A stretch of 59,684 bases of DNA, taken from contig JBASAR010000035.1 in NCBI GenBank assembly GCA_049650705.1, forward strand, positions 1-59,684, in the 5' to 3' direction. Positions 20,375-31,064 of the stretch are shown one piece after another (position 1 is the first letter of the stretch; each line of letters begins with the position of its first letter). The position numbers and the translations under genes were made by a program. A model generated the notes under the pieces. The model made no database searches. It saw only the letters and a list, made by a program, of their open reading frames with translations, and was not told where the DNA came from. Source of the stretch: Pontixanthobacter sp. GTDB taxonomy: Bacteria; Pseudomonadota; Alphaproteobacteria; Sphingomonadales; Sphingomonadaceae.

Positions 20375-22026
20375 AGACATTCGCTACCCTGTTCGGCGGG
20401 ACCGCCGCGTTGCTGGTGGGATCGCCCGTACTGGCCGATACGCTGGTCGACGATGTCGAAGGCATTACCATCGGCGTGGACGGCACACTCGACCGGTTCA
20501 CGGGGCTGTGGATCGACGATGACGGGCGGATCAAACAGGTCCTGGATCGCGGCGACAAACGGCCCAAGGGCACGACGTATAAGCTGGATGGCGAAGGGCG
20601 GATCATGATCCCCGGCCTGATCGATTCGCATCTTCATGTGATGGGCCTCGGCTTCGGGGCATTGACGCTCGACCTTTCGGAAACGCGTTCGCTTGACGAG
20701 GCGCTCACCGCAATCGGCAAATATGCCGCCGCCAATCCCGATCGCCGCTGGATCATCGGGCGGGGCTGGAATCAGGAGAAATGGGGCATGGGCCGCTTCC
20801 CGACCGCAGCGGAGCTCGACCGAGTGGTCGCCGACCGCCCCGTCCTCCTCGAACGGGTGGACGGCCATGCGAGCTGGGCCAACGGCATGGCCATGCGCAT
20901 GGCCGGTGTCGATGCCAAAACGAAAGCGCCCGATGGCGGTCGTATCGAACGCGGGGCCGACGGACAGCCCGATGGCATCTTCGTCGACAATGCGGCGGCA
21001 CTGGTGCAGAATGTCGTGCCCGCCCCCTCCCCCGCAGATCGCGATCTTGCGCTTGCCAAAGCTCAAGAAATTCTGCTGCGTTTCGGCATTACCGCCGCCG
21101 CCGATATGGGCACCACGATCGAGGATTGGCAGGCGTTTCGTCGCGCGGGTGATACTGGCCGCCTCAATGTGCGAATCATGTCCTACGCGGCGGGGACTGA
21201 CGCGATGGAGCTGATCGGCGGACCCGGCCCCTCCCCCTGGCTGTATGACGATCGGCTGCGGCTGAACGGGGTGAAACTCTATCTCGATGGTGCCCTGGGT
21301 TCGCGCGGGGCGTGGTTGAAAGAACCCTATGCTGACGATCCGGGCAATATCGGGCTTCCGCTCAAAACCGGAACCCAATTGCGCAATTTGATGAGCCGCG
21401 CGGCGCTGGACCGGTTTCAATTGGCGATCCATGCCATCGGCGACGCGGCCAATGCCGAAGTGCTCGACGCGATCGGGGAACTGTCACCAACCTATGAAGG
21501 CGACAGGCGCTGGCGAATCGAACATGCGCAGATCGTCGATACAAATGACCTCGCCAAATTCGGACAAAACGGCGTGGTGGCGTCCATGCAGCCGGTTCAT
21601 CAAACATCGGACCGGTCGATGGCGGAAGCACGGCTGGACGAGGCGCGATTGGATGGAGCCTATGCTTGGGCGACAATACGCGAGCGCGGATCGCTGCTCG
21701 CTTTCGGATCGGATGCTCCGGTCGAATCACCCGACCCCTTTGCCGGACTGGCGGCCGCGATTGCGCGCACCGGACCCGATGGGCAGCCCTTTGGCGGATG
21801 GCGGCCCGAAGAACGCGTCACTCGCGAACAGGCCCTCGCCGGGTTCACGTCCGACGGCGCATTCGCCGGCTTTGCAGAAGGGCGCTTCGGCCGCCTCGCC
21901 GAAGGGGAGTACGCCGATTTTCTGTTCGTGGACCGGGATCCCATATTGGCCACGCCGGAAGATTTGCGGCGGACGCAGGTCCTCGAAACCTGGATCGCCG
22001 GTGCACAGGTCTTCGATGCCGAGTGA
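20371..22026 (+). CDS. Secreted amidohydrolase (YtcJ-like, Amidohydro_3)
   Basis: Signal peptide, PGLIDSHLH, KLYLDGALGSRGA, IHAIGD, RIEHAQ, FGSDAPV. ATGA overlap with the upstream gene. Confidence 0.9.
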   Translation: MKTFATLFGGTAALLVGSPVLADTLVDDVEGITIGVDGTLDRFTGLWIDDDGRIKQVLDRGDKRPKGTTYKLDGEGRIMIPGLIDSHLHVMGLGFGALTLDLSETRSLDEALTAIGKYAAANPDRRWIIGRGWNQEKWGMGRFPTAAELDRVVADRPVLLERVDGHASWANGMAMRMAGVDAKTKAPDGGRIERGADGQPDGIFVDNAAALVQNVVPAPSPADRDLALAKAQEILLRFGITAAADMGTTIEDWQAFRRAGDTGRLNVRIMSYAAGTDAMELIGGPGPSPWLYDDRLRLNGVKLYLDGALGSRGAWLKEPYADDPGNIGLPLKTGTQLRNLMSRAALDRFQLAIHAIGDAANAEVLDAIGELSPTYEGDRRWRIEHAQIVDTNDLAKFGQNGVVASMQPVHQTSDRSMAEARLDEARLDGAYAWATIRERGSLLAFGSDAPVESPDPFAGLAAAIARTGPDGQPFGGWRPEERVTREQALAGFTSDGAFAGFAEGRFGRLAEGEYADFLFVDRDPILATPEDLRRTQVLETWIAGAQVFDAE

Positions 22027-22267
22027 TACGATATGTGGTGGCAAAGACACAAATCGTCGTGGATCGCGAACGATTGGGCCGAAGGCGCATCTTGTTCAGG
22101 AACTTTAATGTCTCGTTATGTGTATAGGTGACATACGACGCGTGATTCGGCGATGCGGATAGATATTGGCATTGGTAGAAGGATGGTCGAGTTATTCATT
22201 CACTCGATCGCGTTGGGGAGGTGTTACAATTCGGTCACATCTTACGATAAGAGACAAATGTTTGGGG

Positions 22268-22296
22268 TTGCCACTAATTCGTCGTCCTTCTATTGA
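22268..22296 (+). promoter_or_regulatory. sigma70-like promoter of small secreted protein gene
   Basis: TTGCCA-N17-TATTGA; AAGGAG SD before the ATG at 22343. Confidence 0.45.
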
Positions 22297-22342
22297 AGCT
22301 TCGAACTCGGCAATAATTTTAAGAGAGCTCTAAGGAGACAGC

Positions 22343-22615
22343 ATGAAGATCCGTACACTTCTCGCCGCAACCGCGGCAGTATCCATGGCGGCATCGCCTG
22401 CAATCGCGCAGGCCGATCGCTCCATCGCACCGGTTACCGGTCAGAACGCCCTCGGCGGTGATGACGGAGATGGCTCCGGTGTAGGCATCATTCTCGCACT
22501 GCTCGCTGCTGCAGCGATCATTGCCGGTATTGTTATCGCGGCCGACAACGACGATGATGACGCGCCCGGCGACGGCGGTGGCCCACTTCCGCCACCCCCA
22601 CCCGTCAGCCCATAA
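22343..22615 (+). CDS. Small exported/membrane protein of unknown function
   Basis: Strong SD (TAAGGAG), Sec signal ending AIA-Q, one TM helix, acidic and poly-Pro tail, own terminator. Confidence 0.8.
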   Translation: MKIRTLLAATAAVSMAASPAIAQADRSIAPVTGQNALGGDDGDGSGVGIILALLAAAAIIAGIVIAADNDDDDAPGDGGGPLPPPPPVSP

Positions 22616-22636
22616 GCTACGGTTACAAATTGAAAG

Positions 22637-22666
22637 AAAGCGGGGCCTTCGAGCCCCGCTTTTTTT
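22637..22666 (+). terminator. Intrinsic terminator
   Basis: AAAGCGGGGC-CTTCGA-GCCCCGCTTT followed by a T tract. Confidence 0.88.
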
Positions 22667-22869
22667 ATGCCTGACGTTGATAATCTAACCTTTTGATGTA
22701 AAGCGGACAGATCGTGATCTTCGACAGAAGGTCATTTCAGGCGGCTGGAAAATCTTCTGCCTGTGAGGTCGGTGGACGATCCGTCCCTATTCCGGTCGAG
22801 CCATCTGTCAGAAGAATGACAGAATCGATCGACTTTGTTCAATCGATGTCTTCAACACTTCTACCGATT

Positions 22870-23652
22870 TTATTCCGTCGAAGCCGCATCCTCATCCGTA
22901 CTACGGCGTTCGCCGATCCGCATGATCAATAGCGATCCTTCGAACAACAGCAGTAGCGGGATGGCAAGCAACAATTGCGAACCCGGATCGGGCGGCGTGA
23001 TGACCGCAGCGACGGCCACAACGCCAACGATAACATAACGCCTTGCATTGGCGAGTTGGGTTCGCGACACGATGCCCGCCCGGTTCAGCAACAACAACAG
23101 CACCGGCAACAGAAAACTAATGCCGAAAGCCAGGATGAACTGCATTACAAGCGCAAGATATTCGCCCGCCGCCGGCAAGGCTTCCAGCGGAATGCCGCCG
23201 GTTACACCTTCGAACCCAATGAACCAGCGAAACGCGGTGGGCATGACTACGTAATATGCGAGAGACGCGCCGGCGATAAACAGGATCGGCGTCGCGAATA
23301 GAAAAGGCAAAAACGCCTTCTTCTCCTTCGCATATAAACCGGGCGCGATGAACGCCCATAGTTGATTGGCGATAATCGGGAACGTCAGACAGAAACCGGC
23401 AAACAGAGCCACTTTGAGTTCGACGAAGAACGCCTCGTATAACTGCGTATAGATAAGCCGCCCCTCGCCGGGCGGGAAGGCCGCTTCCAATGGGCGCACC
23501 AGAAAACCGTATATCTCGTCAGCAAAGAACAGGCCGATGCCGAAACCGACGGCGAGCGCTAGAACGCAACGCACCAACCGCCCCCGCAATTCGACCAGAT
23601 GATCTAGCAACGGGGCCTGCGTCTCGTCGATATCCTTGATACCTAAAGCCAT
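22870..23652 (-). CDS. tatC: Twin-arginine translocase TatC
   Basis: PLLDHLVELRGRL, QLWAFIAPGLYAKEK, AAVITPPD. Confidence 0.96.
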   Translation of the reverse strand: MALGIKDIDETQAPLLDHLVELRGRLVRCVLALAVGFGIGLFFADEIYGFLVRPLEAAFPPGEGRLIYTQLYEAFFVELKVALFAGFCLTFPIIANQLWAFIAPGLYAKEKKAFLPFLFATPILFIAGASLAYYVVMPTAFRWFIGFEGVTGGIPLEALPAAGEYLALVMQFILAFGISFLLPVLLLLLNRAGIVSRTQLANARRYVIVGVVAVAAVITPPDPGSQLLLAIPLLLLFEGSLLIMRIGERRSTDEDAASTE

Positions 23653-23655
23653 AAT

Positions 23656-24033
23656 CTAACGCGAGTCGGTGGGGGGCGGTTCGTCCGCCAGGGTTGCAGA
23701 CGTGGGTTTGGCATCGCCATCGTGCGTAATCGATGCGTTGTCGCTTCGGGATTCGGCACGGGCAGCCAATGGTTCCACTTCAGCATCGTTACGCGCCGTT
23801 TGGCTATCGGCCATGATTCGCGCGTTCTGCTCTTTCCACGTCTTTTCCATGTCTTCCATCTCCGCTTCGCGCACCATGGCATCGAAGCCGGACCGGAATT
23901 GCGCGGATACGCGGCGAACCTTACCGACCCAGCGTCCTGCGATACGCATGGCCTGCGGCATGTCCTTTGGACCGATCACGATGATGGCAACCACCGCGAC
24001 GACCAGCAATTCGATGGCACCGATATCGAACAT
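23656..24033 (-). CDS. tatB: Twin-arginine translocase TatB
   Basis: MFDIGAIELLVVAVVAIIVIGPKDMP. Confidence 0.94.
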   Translation of the reverse strand: MFDIGAIELLVVAVVAIIVIGPKDMPQAMRIAGRWVGKVRRVSAQFRSGFDAMVREAEMEDMEKTWKEQNARIMADSQTARNDAEVEPLAARAESRSDNASITHDGDAKPTSATLADEPPPTDSR

Positions 24034-24054
24034 GATCGGAGGACGTCTGGCCGC

Positions 24055-24303
24055 TTACGACTTGTCGGTAGGGGTTTTGATCTGATCTTCAGTCAGCCCT
24101 TCGGACACCGGTTTCGCGTCATGCACAGGGGGTTCGATCCGTGCGGTCGACTTGGGCGCGACCGCATCATCATCGTTCAAACCGCTCTTGAAGCTTTTGA
24201 TGCCCTTGCCGAAATCGCCCATCATTTCCGAAATGCGACCACGCCCAAACAGCAGCAGGACGACGAGCGCGACGATGAGGAGTTGTGGCCAACCGATACC
24301 CAT
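24055..24303 (-). CDS. tatA: Twin-arginine translocase TatA
   Basis: [33 protein letters not shown]. Confidence 0.94.
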   Translation of the reverse strand: MGIGWPQLLIVALVVLLLFGRGRISEMMGDFGKGIKSFKSGLNDDDAVAPKSTARIEPPVHDAKPVSEGLTEDQIKTPTDKS

Positions 24304-24607
24304 GGAACATGTCTCTTTTTATTGCGGGACTTTCATATAGGCATCATTCCCTCCCGTCGCCAGCAACTTCCGAAAGCGCGGCTTGTTCGCCCCGATTATG
24401 CGGAATGCGAATCAACCGAACAATTCGTTTCGCAACAGTTCGATTTTGCCCGACATATCGCCACCCGGTTCCGCCTGCCGCTGCCTCCGACAGCACGTTC
24501 AAACATTCTTGTGACATTTGAGCTTCGTTTTCTCTTCGATATTCGCACGGATCATCGATATCGATGCAGTGTCCCCTGCGCAGCAGACGGGCGATCCATC
24601 ATGCGCG

Positions 24608-25618
24608 TCACACCGCTATGGACAGCAATTCGTCGCGATATGCGAGCAGCTGCGTCTTTTCTGGCAGAGCGTCGACCTCGTGATCGAGGCTCAGTGCGGT
24701 CTGCAGGCGGTCGTGCGCGCGCGTACTCATCTTCGGTAGCGTACCGGCCATGGCGCTCATATCATCCATCTTCGCCCAGCAATTCAGCACGATGTCGCAC
24801 CCGGCGGCAATGGCGGCTTGGGCCCGTTGAGGCACGGTGCCCGAAAGCGCCTCCATGTCGATATCGTCGGTCAATAACAGCCCGTCGAAACCGATGGCCC
24901 CCCGTATCACCGTATCGATGATGGTGGGGGAAAGCGTGGCGGGGCGATCCGCGTCCCATGCGGTATACAACAGATGGGCGGTCATGCCGATGGCCGCGTG
25001 CGATAACGTACGGAAAGGCGCAATGTCGGTTTCCATTTCCCCGGCGGTTGCAGTCACGATGGGCATGGACTTGTGCGAATCGACGCTGGCGCGACCGTGG
25101 CCGGGCATGTGTTTGATGCAGCCCGTGACACCCGCTTTCGCCAGTCCATCCAGCGTCGCCCGCGCGATCGCCGCGACCTGCATCGGGTTATCGCCAAAAG
25201 CGCGATCGCCGATGACATCGTGCGCGCCCGACTGTCTGACATCCAGCGGTGGATGGTAGGTGACCGTGATGCCCATTTCGGCAAGTTCCAGACCCATGGC
25301 CCGCCCGTTCAGACGCGCGGCCTCGATCGCGCTGGATGGCGCGATACGATAGAGCCGATCGAAGGCCTCACCCGCCGGAAATGCCGACCAGTGCGGTGGT
25401 CGAAGGCGTGCGACACGTCCGCCTTCCTGATCGATCGATACAAGCAGCCGATCGCGTCCGTGCAACGCCCGCAAACTGTCGGTCAGCGCGCGTAGCTGTT
25501 CGGGCGTTTCGCAATTTCGACCGAAAAGAATGTAACCGGCGGGATCGCATTCGGTAAAGAATGCGCGTTCATCCGCAGTCAGGACGGGGCCGGACAGGCC
25601 GAAGATTGCAGGCAGCAT
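24608..25618 (-). CDS. nagZ: Beta-N-acetylhexosaminidase (GH3)
   Basis: SIDQEGGRVARL, KHMPGHG...DSH, LLTDDIDMEAL. Confidence 0.94.
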   Translation of the reverse strand: MLPAIFGLSGPVLTADERAFFTECDPAGYILFGRNCETPEQLRALTDSLRALHGRDRLLVSIDQEGGRVARLRPPHWSAFPAGEAFDRLYRIAPSSAIEAARLNGRAMGLELAEMGITVTYHPPLDVRQSGAHDVIGDRAFGDNPMQVAAIARATLDGLAKAGVTGCIKHMPGHGRASVDSHKSMPIVTATAGEMETDIAPFRTLSHAAIGMTAHLLYTAWDADRPATLSPTIIDTVIRGAIGFDGLLLTDDIDMEALSGTVPQRAQAAIAAGCDIVLNCWAKMDDMSAMAGTLPKMSTRAHDRLQTALSLDHEVDALPEKTQLLAYRDELLSIAV

Positions 25619-25713
25619 GGTGCAGGTCCGTCGCAGGGGTTAGAAAGGTGCGCAAGCCCTATCGCACGAACCGGCGAACCTGCCGACCCCGCCCCTACCG
25701 GCGCGGAAACCGG

Positions 25714-26490
25714 CTACCGTTTGACTTGGCAGGCGATCCCATCGTTCTTCAGGTCATCGCAAAGACGGTTCGCGGCGCTTGCATCGCCCGCCATCGCCTG
25801 CAGGCGGTAAACGGTGCCGCCGTCGACCTGCCCTTCGACGATACGATGGCGAAAATCCTGCAACGCGTCGGTCTGTCCGCGCAACGTGGCCCATGCCGCA
25901 GTCGCGCCGTCGCGCGTGCTATAGGCACCGACTTGCACTGGAACACCGGTGACGGCAGCCCGATCGGCTTCCGTCGGAACAGCGGGTTTGGCAGGATCGG
26001 CGGGCGTGTCAGAACTGGTGGACGGGCGCGGGGGCTCGTCGGCGGCCAGACGCCCTTCGGTTCCCCGCCCCTCGCCCACTGTTGGTGCGACGTTGCCGGT
26101 GCCTTCGAAAGTCTGGCCGCCAGCGTCGGCGGGGCGTTCCCGGATCGGCCCTTCTGGTGCGGCGATGGTGGTTCCTTCAGGCTGAAGATCGGGATCCGCC
26201 CGGTCGCGCAGAAAATACCAGATAGCGGCGAGTATGAGAGCCAAGGTGACCAAACTCAACAGGACGAAGCCGACGATCCGACCGGTATCGACACCGGCCG
26301 GATCGTCGTCGTAATCGGTTTCGAGCCACGGCAAGGCGGCGTCGTCCTCGACCAGATCGAGGTCTTCGTACGGTTCGTGTTCGCGCGCTGCCGCAGCATT
26401 GAGATGCGTCGTGTCTTGATCGAACGCAGTGCGCGGGGCGGTATCCCCTCCCGTATCGAGATCACTATCGCGGTCCGTGGGGGCAGTCAT
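25714..26490 (-). CDS. SPOR domain-containing protein (FtsN-like)
   Basis: Acidic N-terminus with LPWLE, single TM, C-terminal VQVGAYS...VYRLQA...C..LK.DGIACQVK. Confidence 0.85.
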   Translation of the reverse strand: MTAPTDRDSDLDTGGDTAPRTAFDQDTTHLNAAAAREHEPYEDLDLVEDDAALPWLETDYDDDPAGVDTGRIVGFVLLSLVTLALILAAIWYFLRDRADPDLQPEGTTIAAPEGPIRERPADAGGQTFEGTGNVAPTVGEGRGTEGRLAADEPPRPSTSSDTPADPAKPAVPTEADRAAVTGVPVQVGAYSTRDGATAAWATLRGQTDALQDFRHRIVEGQVDGGTVYRLQAMAGDASAANRLCDDLKNDGIACQVKR

Positions 26491-26494
26491 CGTC

Positions 26495-28249
26495 CTACAT
26501 CTCCTCGACGGCTTCGACACCCAACAGCGCCAGCCCATTGCGGATGACTTGCCCGATCTGGCTGGCCAGGAAAAGTCTTGCCCCGCTCAATTCGCCGTTC
26601 TGTGTCACGATGAAGCGTTTCTCAGGGCGATCGTTGCCGAGATTCCAATAGGCGTGAAACGATCCCGCCAGATCGTAGAGGTAAAAGGCGATACGGTGCG
26701 GTTCGCGCGCCTGGGCGGCAGCCTCCACCATACGCGGGAATTGCGCCGCCTGTTTGATCAGATCGATTTCTTCGGTGCCCAGATCGGTCAATGTCGCGGG
26801 AGATGGCGCGAAGCCTTCGGTCGCCGCCTTGCGAAGGGTCGAGTGGATGCGCGCATGCGCATATTGAACGTAGAACACCGGATTGTCCTTGGTCGCCTCC
26901 ACAACCTTGGCGAAATCGAATTCCATCTGGGCCTCGGGCTTGCGGGTCAGCATGGTGAACCGAACGACGTCGCGTCCGACCTCCTCGATCATGTCGGCCA
27001 ACGCGATGAAATTGCCGGAGCGTTTGGACATTTTGATGGGTTCGCCGGCCCGCATCAGTTGGACCATCTGCACCAGCTTTACATCGAACGGAATATCGCG
27101 ATCCTGCCCCTGCGACAGTGCCGCAACGGCGGCCTTGATCCGTTTGACCGTGCCCGCATGGTCGGCGCCCCAAATGTCGATCAGCGCATCGGCGCCTTCC
27201 GCCTTCTGCATATGATAGGCCAGATCGGCCCCGAAATACGTCCACCGCCCGTCCGACTTCTTGATCGGGCGATCCTGATCGTCGCCGAAGCGAATGGAAC
27301 GAAATAGCGGCAGCTCGACCGCCTCCCAATCGTCGATCACCTTGCCCTTGGGCGCTTCCAATATGCCGTCATAGACCAGGTCGTGTTTGCGCAACCATGC
27401 TTCGGCCGCTTCGGGTTTGGCGGCCGCCTGCAATTCGGCTTCCGACGCGAACACATCGTGATGAATGCCGAGCAAAGCGAGGTCGCTTTTGATGCGCGTC
27501 ATCATCTGCGCCACCGCCTCGGCCCGGAAGATGGCGAGCCATTCGCTTTCGTCCGCATCCCTGTAACGGTCGCCCAGATCGGCGGCGAGCGCCTCGCCGA
27601 CGGGAACCAGATACTCGCCGGGATACAAACCTTCCGGCATGTCGGCGGTTGGTTCGCCCAGCGCCTCGCGATATCGATGGTGGACGGACCGGGCCAGCAG
27701 ATCGACCTGGCCGCCCGCATCGTTGACGTAATATTCGCGGATCACCGCGTGTCCGGCATATTCCAGCAACGCCGCCAGCGCATCGCCGACCACCGCCCCC
27801 CGGCAGTGGCCCATATGCATCGGACCGGTTGGATTGGCGGACACGTATTCGATGTTGACGCGCGTGCCCGCCCCCATCTTCGATCGTCCGTAGTCCGTTC
27901 CCAACTCGCCGATCGCCGCGAGTTCGCGCAACCAGGCGGCGTCGGACAGTCGGACATTGATGAAGCCCGGTCCGGCAATCTCGGCCACGGTAACATCGGC
28001 GTCTGCGCTCAATTTCTCGGTAATTTTGCCCGCCAAATCGCGCGGGTTCGTCTTTGCCTGTTTGGCCAGTACCATTGCTGCGTTGGTGGACAGATCGCCA
28101 TGCGCCGGATCGCGTGGGGGCTCCACCGTCACATTGTCGTGCGACGTTTGCGGCGGCAAAGCGCCTTCCATTTCCAGCGCGTCGAGAACGGCATCGACCT
28201 TCGCTGCGAAAGTCGCATGGATCGTATGGGCGTGTGTGTCTTCAACCAT
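26495..28249 (-). CDS. argS: Arginine--tRNA ligase
   Basis: EYVSANPTGPMHMGHCRG (HIGH-like), WGADHAG, KMSKRSG, NPVFYVQYAHARI. Confidence 0.97.
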   Translation of the reverse strand: MVEDTHAHTIHATFAAKVDAVLDALEMEGALPPQTSHDNVTVEPPRDPAHGDLSTNAAMVLAKQAKTNPRDLAGKITEKLSADADVTVAEIAGPGFINVRLSDAAWLRELAAIGELGTDYGRSKMGAGTRVNIEYVSANPTGPMHMGHCRGAVVGDALAALLEYAGHAVIREYYVNDAGGQVDLLARSVHHRYREALGEPTADMPEGLYPGEYLVPVGEALAADLGDRYRDADESEWLAIFRAEAVAQMMTRIKSDLALLGIHHDVFASEAELQAAAKPEAAEAWLRKHDLVYDGILEAPKGKVIDDWEAVELPLFRSIRFGDDQDRPIKKSDGRWTYFGADLAYHMQKAEGADALIDIWGADHAGTVKRIKAAVAALSQGQDRDIPFDVKLVQMVQLMRAGEPIKMSKRSGNFIALADMIEEVGRDVVRFTMLTRKPEAQMEFDFAKVVEATKDNPVFYVQYAHARIHSTLRKAATEGFAPSPATLTDLGTEEIDLIKQAAQFPRMVEAAAQAREPHRIAFYLYDLAGSFHAYWNLGNDRPEKRFIVTQNGELSGARLFLASQIGQVIRNGLALLGVEAVEEM

Positions 28250-28311
28250 GCCCGCGCGACTAGCTTAATCGCACGAAATCGCAAGGTTCGTGAACGGCGG
28301 TAAGTCCGGCG

Positions 28312-28962
28312 TTACCGGGTGGCGTTGTAGGCCAGCTGTTCCTGTGTCAGCTGAAAACCGATCAGCAATTCGAAGGTCGCCCGTTGAACCGCTGCGCGAA
28401 CCTGCGGATCGGCCAGCGGATCGAGCGCGGCATCGGGATCGCCCGCCTTGCGCTTTCTGGTGATCTGTTCGCGGATGTCTGCCGGCAAAGTGGCGGCCGC
28501 GCGTTCGATGAAGGCGCCCGCCCGGCCCGTCGCCTGCGCGCGGTCCTGCCCGTCGGCGAAGGCAACGCGGATGGTGCCGATGCGTTTGGCCTGGACAGCC
28601 GATCCGCCCTGTAGGACGGTCGAATAATAGGGGATTTCGACGGTCCGCGCGCCGGCGGTATCGGTCCGGCGGGCGAGCACGTCGAACGAGGCCTCGCTAT
28701 AGACCTTTTCACCCTGTTCGTTGCAGGTTGGGCGGACATTGGTGATGCTGGCCACTATATCGATCTGTTCCGCCGTCGTTGCGCCCGGGCTGCGGAAAGT
28801 GGTCACGTCGCCGGTGTAATCGGGCACGCCCACGGCGGGGCAGGCCGTACGGATCGCGGTCACGCCGACGCTCTGATCGATCACCAGATCGCCTTCGCTC
28901 GCGCATCCGACCAGAGCCAGTCCGGTCAGGGCAGCGGCGAATATTGAGCGGGAGGCTGTCAT
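28312..28962 (-). CDS. Conserved hypothetical lipoprotein
   Basis: Lipobox LVGC after a hydrophobic signal; C-terminal FELLIGFQLTQEQLAYN. Confidence 0.75.
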   Translation of the reverse strand: MTASRSIFAAALTGLALVGCASEGDLVIDQSVGVTAIRTACPAVGVPDYTGDVTTFRSPGATTAEQIDIVASITNVRPTCNEQGEKVYSEASFDVLARRTDTAGARTVEIPYYSTVLQGGSAVQAKRIGTIRVAFADGQDRAQATGRAGAFIERAAATLPADIREQITRKRKAGDPDAALDPLADPQVRAAVQRATFELLIGFQLTQEQLAYNATR

Positions 28963-29059
28963 AAAAGGCGGTCCTTCGGATTGTCGGGGGCGATACCGGA
29001 CAGGCAAAATACCGTTCCGCCACTAGCGGGGTGATGGCGTAAACGCTAGTGCGATGGTC

Positions 29060-30040
29060 ATGAACGCTCCCTTGCACAACACAACGTCGGTTTCGCACGG
29101 CACGAAGCCTACGCTCACCCTGCTGATCGCCGCGCCGCGCGGGTTCTGCGCCGGGGTGGATCGCGCCATCGAGATCGTGGAACGCGCAATCGATCGTTAC
29201 GGTGCACCGGTCTATGTCCGGCACGAAATCGTGCACAACAAATACGTCGTCGATCAATTGCGGGCCAAGGGCGCGATCTTCGTGGAAGAACTGGACGAGG
29301 TGCCGGACCATGCGCCGGTCGTGTTCAGCGCGCATGGCGTGCCCAAATCGGTGCCCGCGGAGGCGGATCGGCGCGGGCTCGACTATCTCGACGCGACCTG
29401 CCCGCTGGTCAGCAAGGTTCACCGCCAGGCCGAACGCCAGATCGAGAAGGACCAGCATATCATCTTCGTCGGCCATGCGGGGCATCCCGAGGTGATCGGT
29501 ACGATGGGGCAGGTACCCGAAGGCGCGATGACCTTGGTGGAAACGGTGGGCGATGTCGCGGCACTGGCTTTTCCGACGGGCCACCCGCTGTCTTTCCTTA
29601 CCCAAACCACCCTGTCGGTGGACGACACCGCCGAAATCGTCGCCGCGCTGGAAGCGAAGTTTCCGCAGATCGTCGGACCCAAGGCAGAGGACATCTGTTA
29701 CGCCACCTCCAACCGGCAGGCGGCGGTCAAACAGATCGCTCCGAGCAGCGATCTGGTGCTGGTAATCGGTGCGCCTTACAGCTCCAACTCCGTCAGGCTG
29801 GTCGAAGTCGCAGAGCGATGCGGCACGGATGCCAAGCTGATCGGGCGCGCGGAAGAAATCGACCCCGCCTGGCTCGACGGGGTCGGCACGCTGGGGCTGA
29901 CCGCCGGGGCGTCCGCGCCGGAAGAACTTGTCCGCGAAGTGGTCGATCGCCTGTCGCAATGGCGGCAAGTCGAAGAACACACGCTGGTCACGATGGAAGA
30001 GAAAATGGTGTTCAAACTTCCCCGCCAATTGATGGACTGA
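29060..30040 (+). CDS. ispH: 4-hydroxy-3-methylbut-2-enyl diphosphate reductase
   Basis: [44 protein letters not shown]. Confidence 0.97.
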   Translation: MNAPLHNTTSVSHGTKPTLTLLIAAPRGFCAGVDRAIEIVERAIDRYGAPVYVRHEIVHNKYVVDQLRAKGAIFVEELDEVPDHAPVVFSAHGVPKSVPAEADRRGLDYLDATCPLVSKVHRQAERQIEKDQHIIFVGHAGHPEVIGTMGQVPEGAMTLVETVGDVAALAFPTGHPLSFLTQTTLSVDDTAEIVAALEAKFPQIVGPKAEDICYATSNRQAAVKQIAPSSDLVLVIGAPYSSNSVRLVEVAERCGTDAKLIGRAEEIDPAWLDGVGTLGLTAGASAPEELVREVVDRLSQWRQVEEHTLVTMEEKMVFKLPRQLMD

Positions 30041-30074
30041 TCGGGCGGCACGGCGCCCCCCTTCGCAACGCGCC

Positions 30075-31064
30075 ATGGCCGTTTACACGCACCTTACCGC
30101 CGACGATTTTACCGCCCTGATCGCGCATTACGATGTTGGTACGCTGATCTCCGCAAAAGGCATCGCGGAAGGGGTGTCCAACAGCAACTGGCTGATCGAA
30201 ACGACGCAGGGACGCTATATACTCACGATGTATGAGCGGCGGCTGGACATTGCCGATTTGCCGTTCTTTCTCAATCTGCTGGATCATCTTGCGGCGCATG
30301 GCTGTCCCGTACCCGCGACCATTCACGACCGGCAGGGCGCAGCTTATCGCATGGTCGATGGCAAGGCGGTCGCGCTCATCGAATTTCTTCCCGGCGTGTC
30401 GATCGAACGGCCAAACCCGCGTCAGGCTTACGCGGTCGGGCGAGCGCTCGCCGAATTGCATCTGGAGGCCGCCGGTTTCGCGATGGTGCGCGAAAACGAC
30501 CTGCGTCCGGCGGACTGGAAGGTTATGTTGAATGCTTGCGACGATGCCCGGATCGACGGCATCGATACGCATTTGCGACCCGCGATCGACGGCACACTAC
30601 CGCAGCTTATCGCCGAATGGCCCACCGACCTGCCCCTATCCACGATCCACGCCGATCTCTTTCCCGACAATGTCCTGATGATCGGAGACAATGTCGGGGG
30701 CCTTATCGATTTCTATTTCGCCTGCACCGATTTTGCGGCCTACGATCTGGCGGTTACCCATGCCGCATGGTGTTTCGATGACGAAGGGCATGTGTTCGAC
30801 AGGGCGACCTCCGATGGCTTGATTGCGGGATATTGTTCCCGCCGCGCGCTAAGCACATCGGAATGGCGCGCCTTGCCCCTATTCGCACAGGGCGCCGCGA
30901 TGCGGTTCGTCGCCACGCGAACCTTCGACTGGATCGACACGCCGGACGATGCGCTGGTCACGCGCAAGGATCCGATGGCATTCGTGCGCCGAATGGAATT
31001 CTACAAGCGCGCGGGTGGATCGGTTTTCAAACCGGTGGAAATACCGCTATCGGACCAGCCATGA
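30075..31064 (+). CDS. thrB: Homoserine kinase (type II, APH-like)
   Basis: [32 protein letters not shown]; ispH-thrB-rnhA order. Confidence 0.93.
   Translation: MAVYTHLTADDFTALIAHYDVGTLISAKGIAEGVSNSNWLIETTQGRYILTMYERRLDIADLPFFLNLLDHLAAHGCPVPATIHDRQGAAYRMVDGKAVALIEFLPGVSIERPNPRQAYAVGRALAELHLEAAGFAMVRENDLRPADWKVMLNACDDARIDGIDTHLRPAIDGTLPQLIAEWPTDLPLSTIHADLFPDNVLMIGDNVGGLIDFYFACTDFAAYDLAVTHAAWCFDDEGHVFDRATSDGLIAGYCSRRALSTSEWRALPLFAQGAAMRFVATRTFDWIDTPDDALVTRKDPMAFVRRMEFYKRAGGSVFKPVEIPLSDQP

Noticed and set aside
22714..23038. Short plus-strand ORFs or an entericidin-like remnant downstream of tatC
   Set aside because: No SD, no lipobox, and overlap with tatC; not supportable as a CDS.
24343..24517. 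57-aa minus-strand ORF (MSQECLNV...) between nagZ and tatA
   Set aside because: No clear SD and no resemblance to ScpA, ScpB or any family I recognise.
28709..30076. 455-aa minus-strand ORF
   Set aside because: Antisense shadow of ispH.
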